Notes under the pieces: model-generated
Database searches by the model: none
The model's input: only the letters and a program-made list of their open reading frames with translations
Told to the model about the DNA's origin: nothing
Program-made: the position numbers and the translations under genes
NCBI GenBank assembly: GCA_030265395.1
Contig: JARFYF010000094.1
Span: 68,166,280 to 68,230,193, forward strand
Reading direction: 5' to 3'
DNA from: Rhina ancylostomus
Lineage: Eukaryota
DNA: 63,914 bases
Shown here: piece by piece, positions 50,430-62,748 of the stretch
Layout of the letters: every line of letters begins with the position of its first letter
Numbering within the stretch: the first letter of the stretch is position 1

Positions 50430-52939
50430 CCATGTTTACAGTAAAAGGGCAAATATGACAACTGCCTTAAATTGCATGTATTTTAATGCATGTAGCTTAA
50501 CAGGTAAGGCAGACGAACTGAGGCAGTGGATTGCCTCTAGGGATGGGATATTGTGGCCATAACAGAAACGTGGTGGGGAGAAGGGCAGGACTGGCAACTC
50601 AATGTTCTGGGATACCAATGATTTCGGTGTGATAGAGGAACAGGTAAGAATTGATGAGGTGTTGCCTTTTCGGTAAGAGGGGATGCAACAGCAGTGCTTT
50701 GAGAGGATATTCTTGAGGGATCATCTGGTGAGCCTAATTGGGTAGAACTTAGAAATAAGAAGTGGATGCTCACCTTTGTAGGGCTATGTTATAGTCAACA
50801 AAAACTTGAGGAACAGATGTGTTGAGAAATTGCACGTAGTTGTGAGAANNNNNNNNNNNNNNNNNNNNNNNNNNNNNNNNNNNNNNNNNNNNNNNNNNNN
50901 NNNNNNNNNNNNNNNNNNNNNNNNNNNNNNNNNNNNNNNNNNNNNNNNNNNNNNNNNNNNNNNNNNNNNNNNNNNNNNNNNNNNNNNNNNNNNNNNNNNN
51001 NNNNNNNNNNNNNNNNNNNNNNNNNNNNNNNNNNNNNNNNNNNNNNNNNNNNNNNNNNNNNNNNNNNNNNNNNNNNNNNNNNNNNNNNNNNNNNNNNNNN
51101 NNNNNNNNNNNNNNNNNNNNNNNNNNNNNNNNNNNNNNNNNNNNNNNNNNNNNNNNNNNNNNNNNNNNNNNNNNNNNNNNNNNNNNNNNNNNNNNNNNNN
51201 NNNNNNNNNNNNNNNNNNNNNNNNNNNNNNNNNNNNNNNNNNNNNNNNNNNNNNNNNNNNNNNNNNNNNNNNNNNNNNNNNNNNNNNNNNNNNNNNNNNN
51301 NNNNNNNNNNNNNNNNNNNNNNNNNNNNNNNNNNNNNNNNNNNNNNNNNNNNNNNNNNNNNNNNNNNNNNNNNNNNNNNNNNNNNNNNNNNNNNNAGATG
51401 TGTTGAGAAATTGCACGTAGTTGTGAGAATAGTAGGATCGTGTTTGTTGGAGATTTCAATTTTCCCAGTATTGACCCAGCCACCCGGAGTACAAAGGGGC
51501 TGGATGTGGTGGAATTTGTGTGGTGTGCCCAAGATAGTTTCCTCACACAATATATAGAGGAACCTACTCAGGAAGGAGTAATACAGGATCTCATCTTAGG
51601 GATTGTGGTGGGCCAAATAACTGAAGTGGCAGTTGGGAGCACTTTGTCTCCAGTGACCCCAATTCTATTAGTTTTAAAATAGTTATGGAAAAAAAATAGA
51701 ACAGGTCCACAGGTTGAAGTCCTGAACTGGAGCATGGCCAACTTTGAGGGCATTAGGCAGGATCTAACCGGGGTTGGCTGGGTGACTCTACTTGAAGGCA
51801 GAGGAACAGTTTGAACAGCAAGTGAGAGGCTTTTAAAAGGGTCATATCAAGAGTCCAGGGGCAGCATGTTCCTGCTACGGTGAAGGGTAGAAATACCAAG
51901 TTCAGGAAACCTTGGCTGAAGAGAGATATCAAAGCTCTCGCCAGAAAAAAGAAGGAAACGTATATTGTGTTTAGGCAGATGGGTTCCAATGAATTCGTCG
52001 ATGAATATAAGAAGTTTAAGCCCAGACTTAAGAGGGAAATCAGGAGGGCAAAAAGAGGGAATGAGATGGATTTGGCAAGCAGGGTTAAGGATCATTCCAA
52101 GAGGTTCTTCAGTTATATTAACAGTTAAAAGGGTGACTAGGGAGAGACTAGATTCTCTTAAAGACATCAGGGCTGTCAATGTGTGGTGCAGGAGGAGATA
52201 GCCAAAATTTTTAATGTTTATTTCGCCTCGGTGTTTACGAAGGAGAATATAATGGATGCCAGAAAAATGTGGGTAATAAGTAGTGAGGTTTTGGATCATA
52301 TGCATATTGCAAGGAAGGAGATATTTGTAGCCTTGAAATGCATTAAGATGGACAAATCCTCAGGGCCTGATCAAGTGCACCCCCAGACATTATGGTAGGC
52401 CAGCGAAGAAATAGCAGAGGCCCTTGTAGAGATATTTGCTTCGTCGTTAGCCACTGGTGAAGTCCCAGAAGAAGAGTGGTTAATGTTGTTCTATTGTTCA
52501 AAAAGGGTAGCAAGGAATGGTCAATAAGCCTGACTTCAGTTGCAGGGAAGTCACTGGTGGGAATTCTGAGGGACAAGATCTACCATCACTTGGATAGTCA
52601 AGGCCTGATCAGGAATAGTCAGCATGGTATTGTGCATGGGAGGTCATGTCTGATGAATCTTTTGGAATTTTTCTGAAGAGGTAACAAAAGGGACTGATGA
52701 AGATAGGGTAGTGGATGTTGTCTATATGGACATTAGTAAGGCTGTTGACAAGGTCCTGAATGACAGGCTGATCTGGAAGGTTAGGTCACATGGGATTCAG
52801 GGGGAGCTAGTAGGGTGGATTCAGAACTGGCTCAATGATAGGAAGCAGAGGTTGACGGTCGAAGGTCAATTCTCCGACTGGATGCCTGTGACTAGTGGGG
52901 TGCCTCAGGGGCCAGTGATGGGACCTCTGTTATTCATTA

Positions 52940-53884
52940 AGAACATAAATAAGGGCAGGAGTTGGCCAAATGGCCCGTCGAGCCTGCTCCACCATTCATT
53001 AAGATCATGGCTGATCTGGTCATGGACTCAGCTCCACTTACCTGCCTTTTCCCCATAACCCTTAATTCCCCTACTATGCAAAATTTTAATTGTAACTTAA
53101 ATGTATTTAATGAGGTAGCCCCCTCTGCTTCCACAGATTCCCACAAATTCACTGCGCTCTAGGAAAAGCAGTTCTTCCGCATCTCCTTCCTAAATCTACT
53201 CCCCCAAATCTTGAGGCTATGTCCCCTAGTTCTAGTCTCATCTACCAGTGGAAACAACTTCCCTGCCTCTATCTTATCTATCCTTTCATAATTTTATACG
53301 TTTCTATTCTCTCTCATTCTCCCGAATCCCAGTGAGTATGGTCCTAGGCAACTCATTCTCTCCTCATAGGCTAATCCCCTCATCTCCGGAATCAACCTGG
53401 TGAACCTCCTCTGCACTGCCTCCAAAACCAGTATATCCTTCCTCNNNNNNNNNNNNNNNNNNNNNNNNNNNNNNNNNNNNNNNNNNNNNNNNNNNNNNNN
53501 NNNNNNNNNNNNNNNNNNNNNNNNNNNNNNNNNNNNNNNNNNNNNNNNNNNNNNNNNNNNNNNNNNNNNNNNNNNNNNNNNNNNNNNNNNNNNNNNNNNN
53601 NNNNNNNNNNNNNNNNNNNNNNNNNNNNNNNNNNNNNNNNNNNNNNNNNNNNNNNNNNNNNNNNNNNNNNNNNNNNNNNNNNNNTCTTCTATTTTTCCTT
53701 CCAAAGTGGATGACCTCGCATTTACCAACATTGTACTCCATCTGCCAGACCCTTGCCCACTTACTTAACCTATCTATATCTCTCTGCAGACTCTGCATCC
53801 TATGCACAATCTACTTTTCCACTCAGTTTAGTGTCATCAGTAAACTTAGATACTCTACACTCAGTTTGCTCTTCCAAATCATTA
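52940..53884 (-). mobile_element. 5'-truncated CR1 (different subfamily) nested antisense in the host CR1
   Basis: Minus: NDLEEQTECRVSKFTDDTKLSG...LQRDIDRLSKWARVWQMEYNVGKCEVIHFGRKN...LEAVQRRFTRLIPEMRGL. Tail ttatgttct. TSD atta at 52936-52939 and 53885-53888. Confidence 0.9.
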
Positions 53885-55796
53885 ATTATTTATGTAAATG
53901 ATTTGGACATGAATGTGCATGGCATGATTAGCAAGTTTGCTGATGATACTGAATTAGGGGTCGTATTGATAGTGAAGCAGGTTACAATGAATTTCAAAGA
54001 GATCTTGATCAATTAGGGAGATGGGCTGAGGAATGGCAAATGGATTTCAACTTAGATAAGTGAGAGGTGATGCATTTTGGACAGTCAAACAAGGTAGGAC
54101 TTGTACAGTGAATGGCAGGGTACTGAAGAGGGGCCCGGGAGTAGAAGTGCATAGTTCGCTAAAAGCAGCTGCGCAAGTAGACAGGGTGGTGAAGAAGGCG
54201 TTTAGCATGTTGGCCTTCATCAGGCAGGGCATCGAGTTTAGAAGTAGGGACATTGTGTAGCAGTTATAAAAATTGTTGGTGAGGCTGCACTTGGGAGTAT
54301 TCAGTACAGTTTTTGTCATCCTGTTATAGGGAAGACATTGTCAAGTTGGAGATGGTGCAGAAGAGATTTACAAGGATGCTGCCTGGACGAGAGGGCCTAA
54401 GTTATAGGGAGAGGTTGGCCATGTTGGATCTTTATTCCTTGGAGCTAAGAAGAATGAGGGGTAACCTCAAAGAAGTTTATAAAATCATGAGGGGCATGGA
54501 TAAAGTGGACGGTCGTAGTTGTTTCCCCAGGGTTGAGGAGTCCATTACTAGAGGGTACAGATACAAGATAAGAGGGAAGAGATTTAAAAGTGACCATGGG
54601 TCACTCCTTTACATGGAGGGTAGTGAGTACCTTCGAATGGGCTGCCAGAAGAAGTGATCAAGGTGGCTACAATTGCAACAATTAAGAGGCATTTGAATAG
54701 GCACGTGGAGGGGAGGGGCTTGGAGGGTTATGGGCTGAACACCAGCAACTGGGACTAGCAGAGAGAATGCTGTGGTCAGCATGGAGCAGTTGGGCTGAAG
54801 GGCCTGTTTCTGTGCTGTATTACTCTGTGACTCTATTTTTATACAATTCTGAATTTTGACAAAACAATCCCCAAATTTCTCCCCATCCCCCACCCTCCAA
54901 TACACATCTAATTGCTTTGTAAATATGTTAATTTTAATTAAATAAGGTTTAGGTGCAAAAGTAAATGGGAGTGAATGTACTAAAGTTTGGAATTCTGCCA
55001 TGAATGTATCAGACCAAAAATGCTAACAAGCTGCAAACTTAATGTCAGATTACTATGACTCAATGACTTTCATTCAGGTACCATTGTAAATACATCTCAG
55101 TACTCCGAAATTCTCCTGTGTTCAGTTGTTGTGAGTGGTAGTTTGACCTTATCAGCATTGTTTGTTAAAACTGCTCACACAGGATATGCTTGAGATACCA
55201 CAGATATGTTTGCTCTTCACCAAAACTGTGATTGGATCTTTATCCCATTTATCTCAATGTGCCTTTTGGAGATGCTTGTTATTGTCTGGACTGGACTCCT
55301 TTTGTTCTCTCAGCCTGGAGAGAATATTAGGATTAGTCAAGCTGCCTGCAATGACAGCTGCGTTTTTCATTCAACTTTACAGCTGAAGTTTGCTGTTTTC
55401 ATCTCCATCACGTACCATTGTCACAGAAAAGCTCAGAAATGAAGAAGTCATGCAATTCAAGAAAACACCTGCATTTTCTGCTTTTTGTCTAAACAACAAA
55501 TGGGGGAAAAGTTAAAATAGCATTACTACACCATTATAAGTATTGAAAGCCAAAGATGATGTTTATTACTGTTTTTATTTACCACCAGAATTAATGCAAT
55601 GCTTACATCTGGATTAACCACGAGTCACATATGGCAGGTGATTAATGCATCAATATGTGGCATCGACCCAAATAACCAAACACCTGCAAAATATTTAGCG
55701 TTAGAAAGAGTAGTCTGCATCACTAACAACCTGTATATACCAACAGTTCAAATGATCCTTCCTAGCTACAGAATCAACTTATTTTGTTTCCTTTCC

Positions 55797-55833
55797 AGTT
55801 CTGATGAAGGATCTTCGGCCTGAAACATTAACT
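55797..55833 (+). ncRNA. Minimal type-I hammerhead ribozyme-like motif in a Penelope-derived repeat (55790-55930)
   Basis: agtt-CTGATGA-agg..cct-GAAA-catt-aact: stem I agtt/aact, conserved core, stem II, and a stem III palindrome carrying CpG decay. Confidence 0.6.
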
Positions 55834-56044
55834 CTGTTTCTCTTTCCACAGATGGTGCCTGACCTGCTGAGTGGCTCTAGCATTTTCTGTTTTTATTTCT
55901 GATTTCCAGCATCTGTAGTATTTTGATTTTCATGGAATCAAACTTGCTTTAATTTAGTTCTGAACGGTGTTACGGCACATTCTGGCACTATATTTTGAAT
56001 CTTCACAAGGAAGGATAAGCTTTAAACTTATTTTTTTTAAATAT

Positions 56045-56082
56045 GATCCTGATGAAGGGTCTCAGCCTGAAATGTCAACTGT
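56045..56082 (+). ncRNA. Minimal hammerhead-like motif in a Penelope-derived repeat (56045-56142)
   Basis: CTGATGA(56049)-agggtctcagcct-GAAA-tGTC: core, stem II agg/cct, and GTC cleavage triplet. Confidence 0.55.
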
Positions 56083-57169
56083 TCATTCCCCTCCATAGAT
56101 GCTGCCTGACCTGCTGAGTTCCTCAAGAATTTTGTGTGTGTTACTTTTTTAAATATTCATTCATTTTTCTGGATGTGATCAAGACTAGAGTTTATTATCC
56201 ATTCCAAATTCCCCTTGAGAAGATGGTGGTAAGCCACTGCAGTCCATCTAGTGAAGGTACTCCACAATAGTGTTCGGGAGTTAGTTCCAGGATGGTGTAC
56301 AACAATGGAGGGAAACCTGCAGGTGGTGGTGGTGTTCCCATGTGTCTGCTACACTTGCTCTTCATGGTTTACAGGTTTTGTGCTTGGAAGCTGTTGTTGG
56401 TCTAGACCAGATGAGTAACTGCAGAAATAATTGAAAGTGATTTGGATAGTAATCTGAAATATAGTTTGCAGCTTGTTAGCATTTTTGGTTCTGACCTCCA
56501 ATTCCTCACAAAGCCTCTTTGTGTCAACTTAAAAATCACAGAGACCATCAATCAAAGCATGAAATTTAGACATGGCAAAATTACCTTGCAAAGCCGTCAC
56601 ATGAATGTGTCATGGGTGTGAAAAGAGGACTTTGCCTCTACACAGATAACGCAGTGGCTATTCCTACCAATACTGTCTTGGGCAGTATATTTAGATGCAT
56701 CTACCACGGTGGATTGGTGAGGACAAGGTCAAGCAGGGGCTGGTGGGTGAATATTTGACTCCAAATTAGGAAAGTTGTCCTATAATCTAGTCAAGCAACA
56801 GCCTGACAAAGTTACAATTATTGAACTGCACCTAATAGATAAAGTACCAATGACTCCATCACAAGCAACAAACAATCTGCTGGAGGAACTCAGCAGGTTG
56901 TGCAGCATCTGTGGGAGGAAAGAAATTGTCAACATTTCGGGCTGAAACTCTATCACAAGGTCTTGTCCCACCAACAGGACAGACTCATGAGATATGGTGG
57001 TCATACAGGCAGAATAGAGAGTCCTTTATATTAGGTTGGGACCTCATTAAGTCTCATAACATTGGATCAAACACTGGCAAAGAAACCTCCTCCTCAGTGC
57101 CACTACCATCCTCCTGTAGCTGATGAATCAGTGCTCCTCCATGCTAATATATCCCAACATGTTATCAAA

Positions 57170-57485
57170 CACAATTTGACAGCAATCCACATTAAGGGAG
57201 ATGACCAAAAAAAGTTAAAGAAATAGCCATTAAGGAGGAGAGTAGTGAATATAGAGGGATTTATGGAGGTAATTCCAGCGCCATGTCCTTGGCAACTGAA
57301 GGCATGACCATCATTGGAAATACAATTGCATTTAAGAGTAGTCAAGGTGCCAGAAGGAGAATAGAGCAGATGCATAAGATAGTTGTAATGAAAGAGAAAA
57401 TTACATGGGAGAAAATGTGGGGAGCTTTGGAGAAATTTTAAAATCAAGCTTTACTGGGAACTAAAGTTGGTCAGCAAGCAGCAGT
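57170..57485 (-). mobile_element. Decayed L2 3' fragment
   Basis: Plus-strand ttaaggaggagagtag...ggaggtaattccagcg...ggcaactgaaggcatgacca resembles the reverse complement of an L2 ORF2 end, like 23270-23400. Confidence 0.5.
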
Positions 57486-59609
57486 AGTTAAGGGTGAACT
57501 GAATGAGGAATGGGAATTGGAAGGAATGCTTCCCTTCACTCCATAAAATAAACAATGAATCAGAATTTTCAGTCAGTGTTGAGACACTTGTCGTCTATTG
57601 GTGACTTACAAAGAAAGATTGCCAAACCTTTTGTGGATCTTTTCAAACCAGTCTGTGAGTAAAAAACTGGTTCCAAGCTCAGCAGACCTTCACTACAGGT
57701 TAGCCCTCTCCTCATAAATCCCTGTTAAATGGTGGGGCATAATTAACTCCACCCAGTAAAGTGCTGAAACAGACATTGACAGTGTCGATGCCTGCAGCTG
57801 AGTGGCCTGTCAGACCTGCAAAATCATTCTGCATGTTTCTGACATACAAAACTGTTAAAAATATTCAAACTATTAAAACATAAAAAAATTAAAAATATTA
57901 TGAATGCAAAACATTTGAATAGATTCTGAAACACTGAAAACATTTAAATAAAGTAAAACATGTACAGAAACCAAAAGTTAACTTGTGCAGCCATTCCTCT
58001 GCTTTCAAATGATTGGAGATGTTGTTCCTCCACTAGGTCTAACCTGACACAAGTTCTTCAAGTGGTTTCCCCACTTAAATTGGCAGAGGATTACCATAAC
58101 TGAATGCCTCACCACCCGCTTTTGCATATAGTTGCTGGCACTTCCCTGAAAAATTTGCACCATAGGAATGGACTTCAAGCCAAAACAGATTGTTTTGCTT
58201 ACTGCTTGTTTTGTTTTTTAAAGATGTTGCATAAAAGTCAGCTGAGGAACAACTGGAGATGATGAAATACTAAGAGAAGATGATAGTTTATTTTCAACGT
58301 TTTCAGTGGGCAAAACAAAAGATTATATTTTATACAGGAAATTTCATTATTTAAGAAAAAGTACCTTCAAGGTTCCATAAACATTAGGAATGAAAGTTAT
58401 GTCAAAGGATAGTTGGGTTAACTGATCTGATTTTTCCAATGATTGTGGGTTTTAAATGGCATTGTTGAATCACTGAGAGCATGGAAATATCTGAAAAGCA
58501 AGATGCAATGGAAGCTCCGATTGGATAAACTTTGCACAACATTTCATCAAAAAGTATCAATAAGCTGGATAGGTATCATAATAAAGAGCTTCCCAATTCC
58601 TGGCTTTTCTATGTTCTAGAACATACTTTAAATAGTTTCTTATTTTAAGATTACAACAATTGTATACAAAACATACTCAATAGAGGATCATATTCAGCAT
58701 ACTATAATGTACTGTCAACTTCTCTGAACTGCTGCATTCATGTTAATACAGGTTACCATTGCACTGGTACCAGTGACAATATCTTACAATACTGCTCTTT
58801 CATAATAGTGTCAGCCAACAGATGGGATAATTTAACTGAAAAGTAATGCTCACCCTGTTACAACCTATAACAGTCTTGATTATATCATATGTTCTTTGCA
58901 CAGTTCCATCCACTTAATGCTTTAGTGGCAAAAAGGCATACTGAACTGCCTTAAGCAGTGTAAATGTTTTAGTGCCATATCATACACTTGTGTAGGATAC
59001 AGGAATAATAGAGAAAAAGTTGAAGGCAGATTTAAACCTTGGCTGCTTAAACAATTGTTGCTTTAATAGCAATGGGTCCTTTTTCTTAGACTAACTTGGA
59101 GTTATATTTTTGTATAACACCAATACAACCATACCTTTGCTTCTGAGTACCTCTGGGAGATGAACATTTTCATTTGAATTCTCTGCTTGCACTCTGTGCC
59201 TTAGCAACCTGGTATCTAAGGAACATTAGACAACAGGAACGTCTGTCAACCCCCGAGGGCTTATACTATTTTGTTATTTGCTTTATTTACTTTAGTTTAC
59301 TGGAGTCAGTGTCATGCATCTGCACTTAATTTCTTTTTAAAGACAGTCACTTTGAAACACATTACACCAGCTGACTGCAAAGGGATCAGACAGTTGGAAG
59401 TCTCATTAACTTATAATAATCAAAGCAGTCTCAAACTAAATGAAATGTATCGTCAGTGCCCTGATAAAATCCCAAGACTGTCAATTAGAAGCCAACATCT
59501 GTGACTATTTGTGTGAAGCTGATAAATGAAAAAAGTATATATGTAAATGTATGGAAAAAAGTAATGAAACATAATGCTGTTGAAATCATATTTTCCATTA
59601 GCTATTGTA

Positions 59610-59915
59610 GAAAGAAAATTGAATTTATATAGCACCTCATCACATTGCTCACAGTAAGGTGCCAAGGAGCTTTACATAAAATGAATTTATCAAGTAGAGT
59701 AAATGTCTTTATGTAGACAAATGTAGCAGCTAGTGTGCAAACAGCATGGTTTCTGCTGTCAATGAATATATAACTGTTTTATTGGTGTAGCTAGTGAGAA
59801 GAGTGCTAGGCAGGATACCAGATATTCAAGTTTTGCAAAGTGCTAGCTATCTGTCATGTCCACCCAAACCACTGGAAAAGATGGAATTAACCTTGGGCCC
59901 ATCATGTTTCGAAAG
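59610..59915 (-). mobile_element. Deu-domain/L2-tailed SINE remnant
   Basis: gaaagaaaattgaatttatatagcacct...ccaaggagctttaca...gcagctagtgtgcaaacagca resembles the reverse complement of 37420-37583. Confidence 0.55.
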
Positions 59916-60869
59916 ATCCTTCAGTTATTCTTTATTTCAGTCACTTAAATCAAAGGATTTTGTGCTTTTAATCAAGCTTTGTAAAACACAACACAAAAGA
60001 GAAACAGCATTTATATGTGGAGAAAAAGAGTGAATGTAAAAAAAAAGAATCATTTACATTTATGATCAACTGCTATTAAAAAGCATACACAAAAAGGAAT
60101 ATACAAACACAGATAAATATTATTTTCTTTAATAATAAATTATAAATCCCAGTCAATGTTTAAACCAAATGTTTAAATGTTTCAATGCTTAAAATGTTTA
60201 AAACTGCACTGTGTAATGAATGGACCTGTACGATTGGTATGCTATACAAGTTTTTCACTGCACCTCGGTACAAGCGACCATAATAAACCAATACCAATAC
60301 TAATACAAAGTGGCAATTGTTCACTAGATGAATTAAAGGCTCAATTTACAGCAGAATTTTAACCAATTTCAATCAGTCAGGTTTTTCCAATGCTGAATGC
60401 TACCAAGTGACCATAAAACAAAATTATGTACCAGTGGAGTTGATTTAATGCAATACCTTCCTTTGCCCAATAGTCTGCCAATAGAAGACGTGCACACAAA
60501 TAATGGTCAATTTGGGCAAGTTAACTGGGACTATTGCTGCTGTCATCTGCAGAAGGGCAGATCCAAATCTGTTATTAAATGTTACCTTGAGGACAAGAGG
60601 AAAGAACAGTGGTGAGAAATTAAACATAGAACAAAGAAGATGGACAAAGAAGATAACAGCCACTCAGTCCTTAAACAAAAAGTTGCAGAATAATTCCCAG
60701 TTTGTAAGTATTTCACAAAATATTTATTCCAATCCAGACATAATACAAATACTGTGGTTACTTTGGCATTTTCTGCTTTACTGAAATTGGTATATTAATA
60801 TCTTCTGTATCACTGGCAAGGTCCCTGTTAAGATTTGTGGCAGTCAAGCAGTCGACCATGTTTAGGCAG

Positions 60870-62392
60870 ATGTACAAATGACGATCCAACTGAACTTCTA
60901 ACCAAGATCACTGTTATCAGAGAAGTCAGTCCTTATCCAATTCAGTTCACTCCAGGTGATATCAAAAAAAGTTTGACAGCTCTGAATATAGCAAAGGCCA
61001 TGGGACCGGTTAGCAACCTGACTGTCATACTGAAGACTTGCACTCCGGAATTATCTTGGTATCTATGCAATCTGTTCTCGTATAGTTACATGCACCCAGC
61101 AAAATGAAATGCAAACTGCCAGGAATGTTCTGTCCACAAAAAGCAGATCAAATAGAATCTGGTATTACTGACCAATCCATTAACACTCAGTCACCAGTAA
61201 AGTAATGGAAGACGCTTTCAAGGAGAAATTACTCTTCAATAACTGCTCATCAAGGCCCTGCTTGGCAGTTTCAGTTTTATCAGCATCCAAATATGGACGA
61301 AAGAGCTGAATACCAGAGTTGAGGTAAGATGCCTTACCTCAACTTTGATATCAAGGCAGCTGTTTACCAAGAGTCTCATCAAAAATTCCAGGTAAAATTA
61401 AATAAACGGGCATCAAGAGAAAAAAAATACCCTAATAGTTGGAGCTGTACCTTGTATGATTAAGATGGTTGTGGTTTTCAGAGGTTATTCAGGCAGAGTC
61501 CTAAGCCCAAACAGTTTCAGCTGCTTCAACAATGACCTTCCTTCCATCACCAGGTCATAATATTGAATTCCACTGCAACTCCTTAGAAAATGAAACAATC
61601 AATCCAAAGGTAACTTTGATGCATGGGATGATAAGTGGTAAATCATATTCACGACATATGAATGCAAAACAAAGACCACCTCCAAGCAAGAGAAAGTCTA
61701 ATTGCCTACTCTTGATCATCCTCTTCAAAATCATACTCTTACCATCAAGTTTCCAACTTCTAACATTCTGGAGGTGACATTGACCAGATACTCCATTGGA
61801 CAAACTACAGAAATACTGTTGCTAGAAAAGCAGGTCAGAGGGTGGGTATTCTGTGGCCAGTGATTCACCTCTTATGTCCCAAAGACTATCCAGTATCAAC
61901 AAGGCATATATCAGGATTTGAGGAATACTCTTCACTTATCTGGATAATGCAGCACTGACAACACTGAAGAAGCATGACAGGATTCAAGACAAAGCCCTTG
62001 AATGATATCCATTCACATTCATTCACCCTATCACTCATGCACTATGGCCACGGTGTGAGCAATTACAAAATGCAATGCAGTTACTCACCCAGGCTACTCC
62101 CATAGCTCCTCCGTCAAGACCTCTTCCGTCAAGAAGGACATAGAAATTAGCACATGGGACCACCTGCAGATTCTTCTCCAAGTCACACATCATCCTGACT
62201 TGGAAAAAAATCTCATTCCTTCATTTTTGCTTGTTCTAAGTGCTAGAACTTTCTACCCAATAGCACAATGGGAGTACCTTCAACAGAAGGTCTGCAGTGA
62301 TTCGGGATGTGGTCTCATCACATCCTTCTAAAGAGGAATTAGGGATGGATAATATATGCTGACCTTACCAGTAAAAAGCACACCCTGAAAAA
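60870..62392 (+). mobile_element. Ancient CR1/L2-group LINE RT fragment with 3' UTR
   Basis: IQFTPGDIKKSLTALNIAKAMGP..LTVILKTCTPEL, then fragments vHKK, Y.PI, t.DIKAA, QgrVLSP..F. Tail ggaattagggatggataatatatgctgacctt. Related tails at about 46110-46335 (+) and 56160-56345 (-). Confidence 0.7.
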
Positions 62393-62711
62393 TGTCACAA
62401 ACCATTACTGTCAGCTCAGTGCAGGTCACTTGGAACAAGTCCCAGCATTTTTGTAGCATGGTTGGCTTGTTTTTCTGCTTGATCAGGAGGTCAATTTTAA
62501 CCTAATCTGCCCATCAGCAAATGGACAAGACTGAATCCAACATTAGTTTTACAATCCATGAGATTTAACTACCCAATGAAGTTTTTTTCCACCCAAGCTT
62601 TTGATTCTCTTGCCCATCAATTTCAGTTAGTTACCCAAATATGACTTTCTTTCAAATATGCAGAAATACAGCAAAAATCTAAACAAGCATTGGGGTTCTG
62701 TGTTCTCATTG

Positions 62712-62748
62712 GGCTCTGATGAAAGGTCTGGGACCCGAAATGTTAACC
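62712..62748 (+). ncRNA. Minimal hammerhead-like motif in a Penelope-derived repeat
   Basis: ggct-CTGATGA-aaggtctgggaccc-GAAA-tgtt-aacc, with a ggtc/gacc stem II. Confidence 0.55.

Larger units (their letters stand above)
49660..54836 (+). mobile_element. CR1 LINE (ORF1 C-terminus, decayed ORF2, 3' UTR) hosting two nested insertions
   Basis: ORF1 end LHLNWRGTNILAG...EGLN* at about 49672-49744. ORF2 start LNCMYFNACSLTGKADELRQWI, then GDFNFPSID, SGVPQGPVMGPLLF, SKFADDTELG, RRMRGNLKEVYKIM. Tail tactctgtgactcta. Confidence 0.92.

Noticed and set aside
50770-51550. Longest ORFs in the track (204-258 aa) and other X-rich ORFs
   Set aside because: They are open only because they span N gaps.
56585-56779. 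Exon-like minus-strand segment (ag...|gtaatt) considered as a missing upstream CLSTN2 exon
   Set aside because: Stops in all three frames. It contains LLDLVLTNP...DSIGRNSH, a decayed LINE endonuclease motif, and shows no similarity to CLSTN2 exon 2.
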